Below, in pieces: positions 14,620 through 27,641 of a stretch of DNA of 64,000 bases. A model generated the notes under the pieces. That model made no database searches. It was not told the DNA's origin and worked only from the letters and a program-made list of their open reading frames with translations. Within the stretch, counting starts at the first letter, position 1; every line of letters begins with the position of its first letter. The translations under genes were made by a program, and so were the position numbers. The stretch is from positions 132,742,001-132,806,000 of the forward strand of contig OX597816.1 of the NCBI GenBank assembly GCA_951406725.2, in the 5' to 3' direction. Source of the stretch: Octopus vulgaris (Eukaryota).

Positions 14620-15040
14620 CATCATCATCATCACCTTCATTTAATGTCTGTTTTCCATGCTGGCATGGCTTGGATGGCTTGATAGGAACTGGTAAGGCCT
14701 GGGGCAGCACTAGGTTTCATATCTGTTTTGGCTTAGTTTCTATGGCTGGGTGCCCTTCCTAATGCTAATGCTTTTTATGTGGAACCAGCACCCACACCAA
14801 TGCTTTTTACATGACACTTAACCTTGCTTTTAGGATCTCAATTCTGCTGTGGTGGTTGGATCTTCTCAAGTACTGCAATGTACCACATACCTTGGTCCTT
14901 TGTCATCTCCTTCATAAAGTTCATCATTTTGAAATCAGCCTTCAGACTTTGTCCCATGTCTTCCTGGGTCTCTCTCTTCTACAACTTCCCTCTTCCTTAA
15001 GTGATCAGCACTACTTTATGCAACTGTCCTCATCCATCCT
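14620..15040 (-). mobile_element. RTE LINE 3' end fragment
   Basis: (CAT)n tail, the shared 3' UTR and a G.RPRKTW-type ORF end on the minus strand. Confidence 0.7.
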
Positions 15041-15813
15041 CAAATATTTTTCATATAGGCACAAGTTCACAATCTATAATCTAGGGCAATCACGGACAAA
15101 CAAGCTATGGCCTGCAGGAACACCTAGTGAAAAATTACCTTGAATTTCTTTAGTAATGTGGCGCACCTGACAATGAGCTCTGTTGTATGGACCACTTCTT
15201 TAAAAAGGCTGCCCTGCCTGATCCAAGAGATACCTGTGTGTGATTTAGTTCTGCTTAGAGGAGCTGTTGCGTACCAATTTCTTCATGATCTTGACAGTGA
15301 AATACTTTGGTCTAAAAGCAAGAAGTCTAAGATAATTGATGGTAGTAGACTGTTTATGGCCACCTTCTACTTGTTTTGCTGGCCTTTGCAGTTCACCTTA
15401 ACCCTGATTGCAACAGGAAAAGATATTTTTAGTGTTTTGCTGGGAGGCAACTTTTGTCTCCTGCAGCTAAGGAGTGATTTGATCTCCTATTGCATATTGA
15501 CTACAAGGTCCCCATCTGTACTCAAGAGAAAGGAATTATTTTATCACTGTAAAACTTTTCTGACACTTCATTGTTTAACAATACTATGTCATCTTTTATA
15601 GCATGGTTCCTGCCATTGCAAGCATTTGAACTTGCTTTGAACTTAATGGGTTGTTTATTTCTCCTTCACTTTTTCCATTGCGGATATGTATGTAATGTGT
15701 GTGTGTATTTATGTATCTGTCACTTTGTATGTAAATATGCAAGGTATGCATATGTAGACATGTGAATGTAGACATGTATGCATGTATATGTATGCATATA
15801 TGCTTGTCCATAT

Positions 15814-15853
<40 letters not shown>

Positions 15854-15856
15854 ATG

Positions 15857-15887
<31 letters not shown>

Positions 15888-17449
15888 GTACCAATCAAAA
15901 GTGGTGGCTTGGAAAAGAAAGAGACTTGCATTTATTGATAACTGCTAGTCATCTTCAAAAAATCTTGCCAGGCCTGTGCATGTGTTTGCAGATGCATGGT
16001 TAATCTTGACCAATGGAGACTTTATAAATGTATAGTTCTTATACATTCCATTAATATCTTTACTTCAAAATATCTTGTGAGTTAATGAGGGATTCACTAT
16101 ATGGTTGCTCAGTCAACTAGAAATAGTCAAATCTCCTAGTAAGGCTGTACTGCACCCTAGGCTATTCTAAGACAATTTCAGCAGTATATGTTTTCTCTGT
16201 GAGAAGTTGCTAACCCCTCACTTAATACTTCCCTATTTCTGGAGAAAGGGACATCTTAAGTGATCTCCTGATCCTTCTCATGGTGTAATGTAGCTGGATC
16301 AGAGAGAGAGAGAACTCAATTCCAGTTCATTATCTATTTTGAAAGCAAGAAAGATAAAATTGACCTTTGTGAGATTCAAACTCAGAACATAGAGAATCAG
16401 AATACAGGCTGCAAAGTGTTCTCTCCAAAGCTTTAATGACTCTTCGAATTCACCAACTTATATGTAATACTCCCAAGCATGAGCTAAAAGCTTCCATCTC
16501 CCCTCTCCACCTACTGTTGGTATAATAAATACCAGTTACATACTGTATCACCTTTCCCCAGCTTAGCACTAAGTATATGCCTTGAGGAAATAGTATTTTT
16601 TCTATTTTTACAATTGCAGCTGCTACTACTGTTGTTACTTCCATGATACCAATTATTGTTGCTACCACAACATCTAGAACTTGTGTGTAGTAGATTAACA
16701 GCCTGCATTTACTGCATACTACACCACATAATGTTGATACTGCCACAAGTCCAATGTTTAATGACATCAGAACTATGTGCCAGCTACCTCATGGAATACA
16801 GAGTGTCAACTAACATCATTACCTATTTAGCAGCAATGGTAAATGTATATATATATATATGTGTGTGTATGTATGTATGTCTACACACACTCACACACAC
16901 ACACACACAGACATATATAAACATACACACATACATATATATATGTATATATATATAAATACGCACACATATATAAATGCATGTGTGTGTGGGTCGGTGG
17001 GGGAATGGGAACTTTTTATTCTGAATACAAGAAAGAAGGGTAAGGAAGGTAGGTGTGGAAGAAATCTTTTCTCTTACATCTATTTCCAAAATGGTACCTA
17101 AAATGTTGGCATTGTTGCACACTTAAAAGGAATTTCATTTGCCATCATAGAATGGATGGCAGTTTGCTCAACAGGCTGTTCCAAGCTAAGACCTACATAG
17201 CATAAAAGATAAAAGACATCTTTAGGGTCTTTATCAACTGAACATTTTTGTTTTGCATTTAAAGTTTAGGCATGACACTATTTAGGTGTGTGTTCCAGTT
17301 TGTTGCAGATTTTATACTCTCTCTTTCTCTCTCTCCCTCTCTCTCTCTTACTCCCTCTTCTGTTACTCTTCCTCTCTTACTCTATCTTTTTCTCTCTTTT
17401 TACTCCACCTCTGTGTGTGTGTTTGTGTGTGCCAGTCAGTCACTTTGCA

Positions 17450-17790
17450 CTCAAATAGTTTTGGGTTCAGTCCCACTACACATCACCCTTGGACATACCC
17501 CAGGCTGACCAAGGCCTTGAGAGTGAATTTGTAGATGGAAACTGTATAGAAGCCTGCTGTATTTTATGTATACATGTATGTGTCTCTGTTTGTGTTTGTC
17601 GTCCTCAGCACTTGAAAACTGGTGTTCGTTTGTTTATATCCTTGTATCTTAATGGTTTGTCAAAAGAGATTGATAAAATAAGCCCAAGACCTAAAGAATA
17701 AATTCTGGGGTGGATTTATTCAACTAAACTCTTGAAGGCAGTGCTCCAGCATGACTCCTGTCCAATGAATGAAACACGTAAAAGATAAGG
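17450..17790 (+). mobile_element. SINE family A copy (diverged)
   Basis: gggttcagtcccact..ccaaggccttgagagtgaatttgtagatggaaactg..ctccagcatgact..aatgaaacacgtaaaagat. Confidence 0.65.
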
Positions 17791-18285
17791 TTTCTCAATT
17801 ACATGGTTTGGGATTTAGTTGTATTGTGTGGCACCTTGGGCAATTGTCATCTGTTATAGCTGTAGGCCAACCAAAACCTTGTAAGTCGATTTCCAAGGCT
17901 GTTGTGTGTGTGTGTGTCTTTGTCTTGATATAATGTGACTTATAAATGAATATCATTCATTACTAATATTCTTGCAAAACATGTCTAGCCATGGGGAAAT
18001 AGGATTGGTGACAGGAAGGGCAACCAAGCATAGAAAATCTGTCTCAATAAGCTCCATCCAACTATGCAAACATGGAAAAGTGGATTGTAAAATGACCTTG
18101 CCTGTGCTGGTACCACATAAAAAGCTCTCAGTCCATTCTGTGGGGGTGGTTTGTGCTTAGAAGGGCATCCAGCTGTAAAAACCATGCCAAAACAGACACA
18201 GTGGCCTGGTGTTGTCTTCTACCTGGCTAGCTCCTGTCAAGCCATTCAACCCATGCCAGCATGGCAGGCAAATGTTAAATGATAA

Positions 18286-18329
<44 letters not shown>

Positions 18330-18550
18330 CACAAAAACCACCATTCTTTAAACATCTCATGAATCTCACATACATATATGCACATACCAAATGAAGATGC
18401 ATTTGGCAGTGTTAACAGAACAATAGAAAACATGGATTAGTTCAAAGTTAAACTGATTTACATTAAACAACAGTACTATTTAGCTAACTTAGAAAATAGT
18501 ACATAACATTTGAAATATTATGTATTTCAAATGTTATATACATAACATTT

Positions 18551-18670
18551 GTGCATAACATTTGAAATATAGAAGGTTTAAACAGGAAATGTACATAACA
18601 TTTGAAATATAGAAGGTTTAAACAGGAAATGTACATAACATTTGAAATATAGAAGGTTTAAACAGGAAAT
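18551..18670 (+). repeat. Minisatellite: 3 x 40-bp unit (gtacataacatttgaaatatagaaggtttaaacaggaaat)
   Basis: Three near-identical tandem copies with partial units just upstream. Confidence 0.92.
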
Positions 18671-21592
18671 ATAGGTGTTAAACCGTAGCAAAACGTGGGA
18701 CGAGTCAATACCAGATAGCATTTCTTTATCTAATTTAGTTGTTTAGGATGCAATTAGACTTACTTCCTCCTCCACAAAAATGGATCGGTTTGAGCCAATG
18801 TAGTGAATAAATGTGATTAGCTTAGATGTGGTACAAATTGAATATTCTATGGCATCTGAGCTGCTGTCTTTGTGTTCAAATCTCCACAATAGGGTTTATT
18901 TTTAATTTTTGATTCCACTGTGGGCCATAAAAGAAATTTAATAATAAAGAAGGGTCTCATGTTTAGCTCACATTTCATGGTTTTAAGCTGATGAGAAATA
19001 AATCCTTCTGAATAAGACACTGATTTATTAGATAAATCTTCTCAGATGATTTGGCAAGGTGTACTGAGGTAATGTTGGCAGCAAGACAAAGTGTGTTAAT
19101 AAATTTTCCAAATTAATGGAAAAATTGTTAAATTTTTAAAAGTAAGTAAATTGGCTTAACTCCCAAGTATATCTGGTACTTATCTTATCAACTTCAGAAA
19201 AACACAGTGGGTGAGTTGACTATGACAGTATTTGAAATGAGAGAAACAAAAATATTTAGTACTGCAAGACATTTTGTTCAGCTCTAATTGTTTACCAGTA
19301 ATACTTACTTCGTAAAATATATTATAATATTTCTTCCAGTAATATTAACTTTCTAAAGTATATTATATGTCTCACATTAGTACACAAGGCCAATAGGAGG
19401 CAAATTTATCAAATGAGTTCATTATATTGATTCCAGAATGAAGAAAGGCAAAATTGTTCTTGGCAAGATTTGAACTCAGACTGTAAGAATCTGTAACTAG
19501 TTACTGCATTCATTTGGTCTGGCACTGTACTGTTTCTGAACCTTCACTAGCTTAGAATAAATAATAATGGGAATACTGATAACACTAGCATTCAACATTT
19601 GGAGAATATTCCATACACTTGATAATTCTGATTTCACCAATGTTGTTGATGAAGCTATACGCAAATAAAGAATGATAATTTATTTTTTATGAAATCTTAT
19701 AAAGTAGGAATGAAGATTCTGTCTTGTAAAGATATGCATTATCTATGTAGCATCTTATTGATTTCATTGTTAGTTTTGAATATAAAAACTAAAGATAGCA
19801 CTGGTATAGCTACAGACTTTTGCTGTGTAATTACTACTATTACTTTTAGCTTCACTGAACCACTAATTAGATTTCTACTAAATCTTCCAGCTATAAATTC
19901 TATGCAGTTCTTGGTGTCATCAAACTGCTGTCAGACATACTGTCTAGTCTTATTGCTAGATCAATATATTACTACGTTTAAAGATTGGCAGTTTTTGTGT
20001 GTATATTATAAATACAGTGATGTGGCCATCATTAATACTCTGTGCTCTCCTTCTTCTTACCTCATTGTATTCTATGTTAAATATATTGTTCGAAATCAAC
20101 AAAAGAAATGGATGCAACAAGTTATTTTGAAGATAGATTTATTTCTGGAGTTAATAAAATGTCTCTTAGCCACACTTATCAACTCATTTCTACCTTTATA
20201 TTGATTTACTTCAAAGTCTGTTTTGGAAGAGTAAGATAAAGCAAGTGAATGAATCTTTTATGAAAAGCAGAAGTTCTGGTGGTATTTAAAAGTTGGAATC
20301 AAGAAAGATGAATCACTCTACTGTCTTGGCTGTCTCCACTGCTTTGATTCTATTCAAATATATGCTGGATTCATAGACTGGGAAAAAAATAAGTTCAGGT
20401 CAATGCTATGCAAAGAATGTTTGAAGATATGTTTGGCTGGTGCTCTGCAATGTAGTTTAATGAAATATTTATGGTCTAGCTTTCTAACACTGACCTCAAA
20501 ATATTGTCCTGGATTTAATAAATATTATTTGGGACATAAATCCTTAATAATCCATATTTTCTGAATTATACTTAGACTAGAGCAAATTAATTTACTGCTG
20601 ATAGAGAAAAAATTAAATGTTTCTCTACAAGCTACAACAATCAATAATGCTGGAGTTTAACTCTAGATGACTCCAGTCCTTGATATTATGCCAAGTTAGA
20701 TACCTATCTTTAAAACTCAAGGATATATCATTATATCGCTTACCTAGAAATACATGAAAATGTATGAAATGCATATTAACATATAAGCTGTGTGTATAAG
20801 TAGTCAGATAAAATTTTTTGTTAGTTATTTTATCCTAATGTCATATTGTCATAATATCGGTATATTGGTTCACAGATTATGACTGTATTTTAATAGAATT
20901 TGAAAATGATGTGTTACTATTGAAATATTGTGCCATGAGACAAAATCCTTGGTAAAATGTGTACTCTGTATTTTGAATTTCTCTAGTTAAAGGTTATCAG
21001 TGAGTTACAAATTGTCACTTATCTGTTTGTGTATACATCATATGGTATACATCTCTAAACCATGCAACTGTTCAAAATTAAATCTTAGATGAATGAAGAT
21101 TCTAAAGCTTACATTTCATGATTTAGCTCTGAATATTTTTGCTATTTTATAATTCCACTATTTTGCAAACTTACATACTGAAAATTTTCAACAGATTTTG
21201 CTTTGTTTTGGCATGACCTCAGCCAAAATAAAACAATAAACTAAATGAAAATGTTAATAGTAAAATGCCTTGTCTGTTAGCATTCAGTTTAATTTGTATG
21301 TACAGTTCAGAGATGGATCAATTTTTTTAGTTCTATTTACCTTCATAATGAATTTAGTTGATTAGTGAATCTGAATTTGTAGCTCTTTCTAATTCAAAAT
21401 TTGTGATTAGTTCTATCATTATCATGTATAGCTCTTGATTCAGAGAACTTATCAACAATGCTGATTCTATTATATTAAGAAATATGCAATAGAGACTTTT
21501 ATATGTGCTTGTAGAGTGTCTTAGTGGACAACTTGGAACTTGTAAACTTGTAAAAGATTCAGTCCACATGTTTCATGGCATCTGTCTTAAGT

Positions 21593-21814
21593 TTGACCCT
21601 TTACCATTCAGAAGACTGTATCAGATGTAACATTTATTCACATTGTTTGAATTAATCATGCATTACTTATAGCTTTGAAATTTCAATGACGTTATTGTAT
21701 ATTATTAGAATGACATTCTAGGGTAGGTGTGAGAAGTGTGATCTAGCCAGTTGGAACATAAAACAAGTTTAGTATTTGGGCAGGATATGGTCAGTTTAAA
21801 TACTAATGAGTTAA
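21593..21814 (+). mobile_element. piggyBac-like MITE (TTAA-type target, CCCT/AGGG-type ends)
   Basis: ttga-CCCTTTACCATT...AATACTAATGAG-ttaa; related copies at 26329-26545, 46432-46654, 36962-37160 and 4335-4540. Confidence 0.7.
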
Positions 21815-22104
21815 AATAGACTTAATCCGTTGTCCAGTTTACCACCACCATCTAGCTGTTAAGCGCTTTGAGTTGAGTTACACTGTTAAGAGCATTTGGG
21901 CAAGATTTCCTGTTTGATAGTAATTTCCTCCCACCAGTCACCAAGGCCTTGAAAAGGCCAATAAGCATTGCCTTTCTCCTCTGACTCAACTATTAAGTAA
22001 AAAAAAAGTAAAAATAAAAACAAAACACAAGTAGTTTTGCTTTTTTATTACTCTAGTGCTGTCTTGTAGGCTATCAAAAATAAGTAGCATACTATTTTTG
22101 ATAT

Positions 22105-22555
22105 GGCACAGGCATAGCTATGTGATAAGAAGTTTGCTTCCCAACTACATGATCTTGGGTTGAGTCCCAGTGTGTGGAACCTTGAGCAAGTGTTTTCTAC
22201 TATAGCCCTGAACTGATTAAAGCCTTGTGAGTGGATTTGATAGACAGAAGCTGAAAGAGGCTTGTTGTGTACATATATATGTGTGGGTGTGTGTTTATGC
22301 CTCTTTATCTTGACATCGCATCATAGTTTTAAATGAGAGTGACAGTCAAACAAGTAATGTCATTCATTTTTAACCTTCTGCATGAACATACCTGGCCATA
22401 GAGAAATATTTATCTAACTTGGAAAGAAAAATGAGGGTTGGTGACAGGTGACAGGAAGGGCATCTATCTGTAGAAAATCTACCTCAATAAACTTCATCCA
22501 GTTCGTGCAGGCAAAGAAAAGTGGACGTTAAAACATTGCTGATGATGATGATAAT
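22105..22555 (+). mobile_element. SINE with family A head and an RTE-like (GAT)n tail
   Basis: ggcacaggcatagctatgtgataagaagtttgcttcccaac head; ends ggaagggcatct..aaaagtggacgttaaa..gatgatgatg. Confidence 0.7.
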
Positions 22556-22584
22556 CATTTCTGACAATTTCATCATCATGAAAA

Positions 22585-22970
22585 TCATCATCATCATCAT
22601 CCTTTAACGTCTGTTTTCCATGCTGGCATGAGTTGGATGGTTTGACCAGAGTTAGCAAATTGGAGAGCTGCACCAGGTTCCAGTCTGATTTGGCTTGGTT
22701 TCTATGGCTGGCTGCCCCTCCTAACACTAACCACTTTATGGTGTGTACTAGGTGCTTTTAATGCGGCACTGGCATGTCCACCAATATGTGACACTGTGTG
22801 CTTTTCACATGACACACCAGCACAGGACTCTTACAGGCCAATCCTCTTCACTGGGGGATGCAACTTTAACACTTCAGCTGTGGAGTACAACAAGGTGCCA
22901 GGTATCTTGGTCCTTTGTCACTTTGTGTGAAAGATTCAGCATTCTAAAGTCATCCTTCAGTACTTTGTCC
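22585..22970 (-). mobile_element. RTE LINE 3' end fragment
   Basis: (CAT)n then tttaacgtctgttttccatgctggcatg, the shared 3' UTR. Confidence 0.72.
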
Positions 22971-23126
22971 TGTATTGTGAATGTGTCTTAGTGGCTACTG
23001 CACTATTAAAAATAGCTTCTTGGTGTATTAAATTTGTTACTTGGTTTTTCTAATGTCCATTATAAATGTTTGAAATATTGTTTTATTTATTCATTTATCA
23101 ATTTTTTTTTAATATTTTATTTATAG

Positions 23127-23274
23127 TTCTGGTTGGATCCCTAAAGGAAACTTCATTGCTGCTTATCCCAAAGACTGTGCTACATCCCTAGTTTACACAG
23201 TCAATTTGGTGAAACCTGGATCTGTAACATTTGAATATCAGTTTTCTGAATCAGCTTCTTTGCTTCAGTTTCTG
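23127..23274 (+). CDS. ELAPOR2: ELAPOR-family exon (first in window): [49 protein letters not shown]
   Basis: T-rich tract then TAG acceptor ending at 23126; donor GTAGGT at 23275; 148 nt, phase 2 to 0. Confidence 0.9.
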
Positions 23275-26200
23275 GTAGGTTTATAATTCTACTGAATTTA
23301 ATATTTTTTTCCTGAAAGCAATATGGTTGTTATTGTGAAATTTGCTGATAAGTGCAGTTAGTGAAGGTCCTTAACAGGACTAACAATTACTCCCTATGTT
23401 AAGAAGAAAATTTGAATCCATACCTCAGCTACAAGTTTTCTGAAGTGCAGCAAGTGAACAAGAGATTCTTAAATAGGACCTTAGGCCATTGGATTTGATT
23501 TTGCTAGAAACAATTTGTGATGTGCCTCTTTCTAATTTTGGGAAGTTATCAAGGTAAATACAGTTGTAATGCTTGCAGTAAGATATAAGCTCACTCTGTG
23601 GTACCTAGAGATAGTGTTTTCTACTATAGCCTCAGACTGACCAATGCATTGTGAGTACATTTCATTGATGGAAACTTTGTGGAAGCCTTTCATATATGTA
23701 TGTGTGTGTGTTTGTCTTCACCTCACTGCTTGATAACTGGTGTTGGTTTGCTTATGTCCTCATAATTTAGCTTTTTGGCACGTGAGACTCATAGAATATG
23801 TACTAGATTCTAAAAATATGTAGTGATCAATTTGTTTGACTAAAACCTTCAAAGTGGTGCCCCAGCATGGCTACAGTCTAATAACTGAAATAAGTAAAAT
23901 ATAAAAGATTGTTTTATATTGTAGTTTATTTACTATATTAGTTTATGAAGTAAATTGAGCTAGATGTATAAAATGGCTAACTTATTTAAAGGCTGCATAA
24001 ATTGTATGCTTGTAGCAAATTGTTCCTGGTGAAAACACTTAAATTTTGTTGGTTTAGCCTGCTCAGCTGTAAATATGTACCATAGAGTGGTATGACGCAG
24101 TACTGTTTGTGGTAACAACAGCAGTAGACTACAACTAGAAAGTGTTTCATTAGCTAGTAGCAAATTCAGAACTCAGAATTTCTCATGGGGTACTACAGGA
24201 GTGATGAATATTATCACTTATTTTATTTATTCAAGATGTCCCAAAGACAGCACTTAAACCTATGGGTCTAAGATACTCTCTTTTTAGACCTATTGATCTT
24301 AAAAGAGGCCGATGAAGGACAATGATCCTGAAACACGTGTCCCTAGATGCAGCTCCGGCGGCCGGGGGTGTTTGTCTCCCCTTCGTAAATGTATATAAGG
24401 ACACAGGGAAAAATGTGTCAAAGCCATCAGGAGGCGTCGATGCTTCCTAGGGCTATACAGCGGTGGTGTACCCCCCTACTGTCACGTTCGTGTTAGATTG
24501 ACAGTATACAACCATTTGATCTTAAAAGAATTTGAATTAAAACAAAGTAGAGATAGGCTGGTTGTAGTAGTTTATCCCCAGATCAATCCCGATTGAATAA
24601 ACACACAATCAAAGATACTCCAATCTTGAGCGTCCTGTTTCATTTTAAGACAATGTATCCAGGAACACATCCAATGTGTCTTTCCTTTTTAAAATTGCAA
24701 GGTATGAATTGGAGATTTGGCTGTCATTTCTAATTAGCAGGTCAAATATGCAACTGTATAAAATTTTCTTATTGGCTTGATAGTAAGATGAAAAATGTCT
24801 GTGACCTATACTTAATATTGTTAATGTTTTATAATTCTTATAAGAAAATACTAAAGGCTATTCAAAATATTCAAAAGACTAGTTCATTATTTGAACACTA
24901 GTTTGGTCAGAGGTCTATTTTTTTTTTCTATTCAAAACTAACACAAATAAGAGTGTGGTGTGTAAGTGCAGAAATATACTTACATTTCTCAATGTAGCCA
25001 TTTTAGGACACTTACTGAGGTTGACATTGCCTTTTGCCCTCCTGGGCACCCACATATAACCCTTTGATAAAGGGTTTATCTGAAACATTGGACTTCTTTT
25101 TTCTTTTTCCTTTCTTTTGTTGTACAGTTCAATGTGTACAACTTTGTTAATTATTTTTGTGTTTACTCTTTGTCCATTTGTCTACTTGTTGTCACCTCTC
25201 CCATTGTTCAACTGTCTGTCTCTTATTCCTCCCATTCTATTAGTGCACTTTTTACCTGTGTAAATAAAGTACCAGTCAAGTACAGGGATGTAATAAATTG
25301 ACTGCACCTTCCTCACCAAATTTTTGGCCTTGTACTTCATGTAGAAAAGTTGTTTTTTAAGAGTTTCACATGAGCTTTGACTGCATTACCAAATGAATCT
25401 CCATGTTTCTGAAGTGTATAGGAAGTATTGTATCTTAGAAATATAGCATGGTTTTTGTATGTTATATCTGTTTTGACTTGTGAAAATTGTTCTATTGTTT
25501 CTGGTGTTATTTCAGTGTTTTGTATGTTTGTTGTGTAGACTGTGCTATGTCAGTTGTGATATTTCATTTGATAATGAAAAAAATTTTTTTTCTTCATCTG
25601 TGGTATGAGTTGTACAGAATATGTACTACATGCATTATGCTGTTGAAGTGAATGTCTCTTATTTATGATGTGATGTGTCTGAATTCTTATTGGCACTGTT
25701 TACAACTTTTTTCATTGGTATTGTTATTCTTTTATCATCTTCACCTATGTTCAAAGGTGGAATTGTTTCTATCCTCTTATTTGAAATTTCTTCTCTGCCT
25801 AAGTTTTTTTTATTGGATATATTGACTTATGGATGTTTGACCTCAAAATCAATAGTAACAGTTTCATTAGTTTCAGAGGGCCTGGCAAATTCATAAGCAC
25901 TTCCTTTCTCCTCACTTAGTCATAAAACTTCCATCAATTTTTTAGATAGCAGTAAAGGGAAGTTTCATGGACCTTTACTGGGCCCCTGAGGCTGGTTTGG
26001 AGATGGGGCTGGGCTGGGGTGGGTTGGGAGGAAGGTATTCTCAAACCAGAGACCTGATCCAAATGCTTGCAATAGAGTGGGGGCCATGTGGTGATGTTAA
26101 TCAGAGCAACATGTTAAGTCTACCTCCCAGGCAGGCCTTGGCAGGATTTTGAAAATCTGAATGCAAATACTGTAAGACATGCTGTCTGATGCTTTAATGT

Positions 26201-27521
26201 TTTCATTAGTTTACTGCCCTAGACTAGTACCATATTTATTGACCCCAGAAAGATGAAAGGTTTTTAAACTCAGATCACAAAGCACTGGAATATATACCAC
26301 AATGTATTTTGTCCAACACCATAAAAGTTTAATTCTTTAGCATTCAGATTACACGGTCAAATGCAATGCTTCTCTATTTCCATTGTTTTGCATTATCTCA
26401 TAGTTTCAAGATTTCGATGAGATGATTATTTATTCTTAGAATGACGTTGTAGGGTAGGTGTGAGAGGCTGGATCTGGTCATTTTGCATATAAAACAGGTA
26501 GAATATTTGGGCCAGATATGGCTTGTTTAAATGCTAAAGAGTTAATAGCATAAGTATATAATTTGATTTTTTTTATTTATGCACCCTTTTCAAGCCTAGC
26601 CAGGCTCATGGGCCCAGTTTCCTGGTTTCTGTGGTGTATGTGTTCCCCCCAGCTGGATGGGACGCCAGTCCATCGCAGCGTTACCCAAGAAACAGGAAGA
26701 AAGAGTGAGAGAAAGTTGGGGCAAAAGAGTACAACAGGGGTTGCCACCACCCCCTGCCGGAGCCTCATGGAGCTTTAGGTGTTTTCACTCAATAAACACA
26801 CACAACACCTGGTCTGGGGATCGAAACTGCGAGTTTGCTGCCCTAACCACTGGGCCATTGTGCCTCCACTCCGCTACTCAAACCACTGGGCCATTGTGCC
26901 TCCATATATATCAAATATAATTTGATATGTATTAATAATTCATATGGCTGTTATGTTCTTTCAAATTAGGATGTAATTCACTTCAAATTGTATCTGTTTA
27001 CTGTAATAATAAATTGAAGGCTATTATTTTCTTGACTATTTAATTTTTGAGTGAATATTTATGATTATAATTGTTTCCATTAATTTGATTTTCAATAGTC
27101 ATTGTATGCTTTATATATAACTAGCAGAGATACCAGGCCTTGCTCGGAATTAAATTGGCATAGTTTTTTTGTTGTTTTACTTGTTTCAGTCATGTGACTG
27201 CAGCCATGCTGGAGCACTACCTTTGGTAAAAAAAATCGACCACGGGATTTATTCTTTGTAAGCCTAGTACTTATTCTGTCAGTGCCTTTTACCGAACTGT
27301 TAAGTTATGGGAATGTAAACACAGCAACATGGGTTGTCAAGCAATGGTGGGGAGTACAAATAGACCGACAGACAGACAGACACACAGGCACACACACACA
27401 CACACATATACATATATATATATGCACATATATATACATACATACATATACACACACACATATATACATGCATATATATATACGCATATATATATACATA
27501 CATATATATACATATACTTAC

Positions 27522-27568
<47 letters not shown>

Positions 27569-27591
27569 TAAATAGAAACACATATATATAT

Positions 27592-27641
<50 letters not shown>

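Noticed and set aside
15060-15650. 153-aa plus ORF or possible decayed retroelement
   Set aside because: No motif recognised on either strand; cannot be classified from the sequence alone.
18551-18670. Regular 40-bp repeats, superficially CRISPR-like
   Set aside because: The units are contiguous with no unique spacers, in a eukaryotic intron; this is a simple minisatellite.
19689-20204. 171-aa ORF
   Set aside because: AT-rich, no recognisable motif and no splice-compatible link to the ELAPOR frame; probably a chance ORF.
25380-25950. Strand-biased segment resembling a decayed minus-strand LINE ORF1
   Set aside because: Multiple stops and no diagnostic motif.
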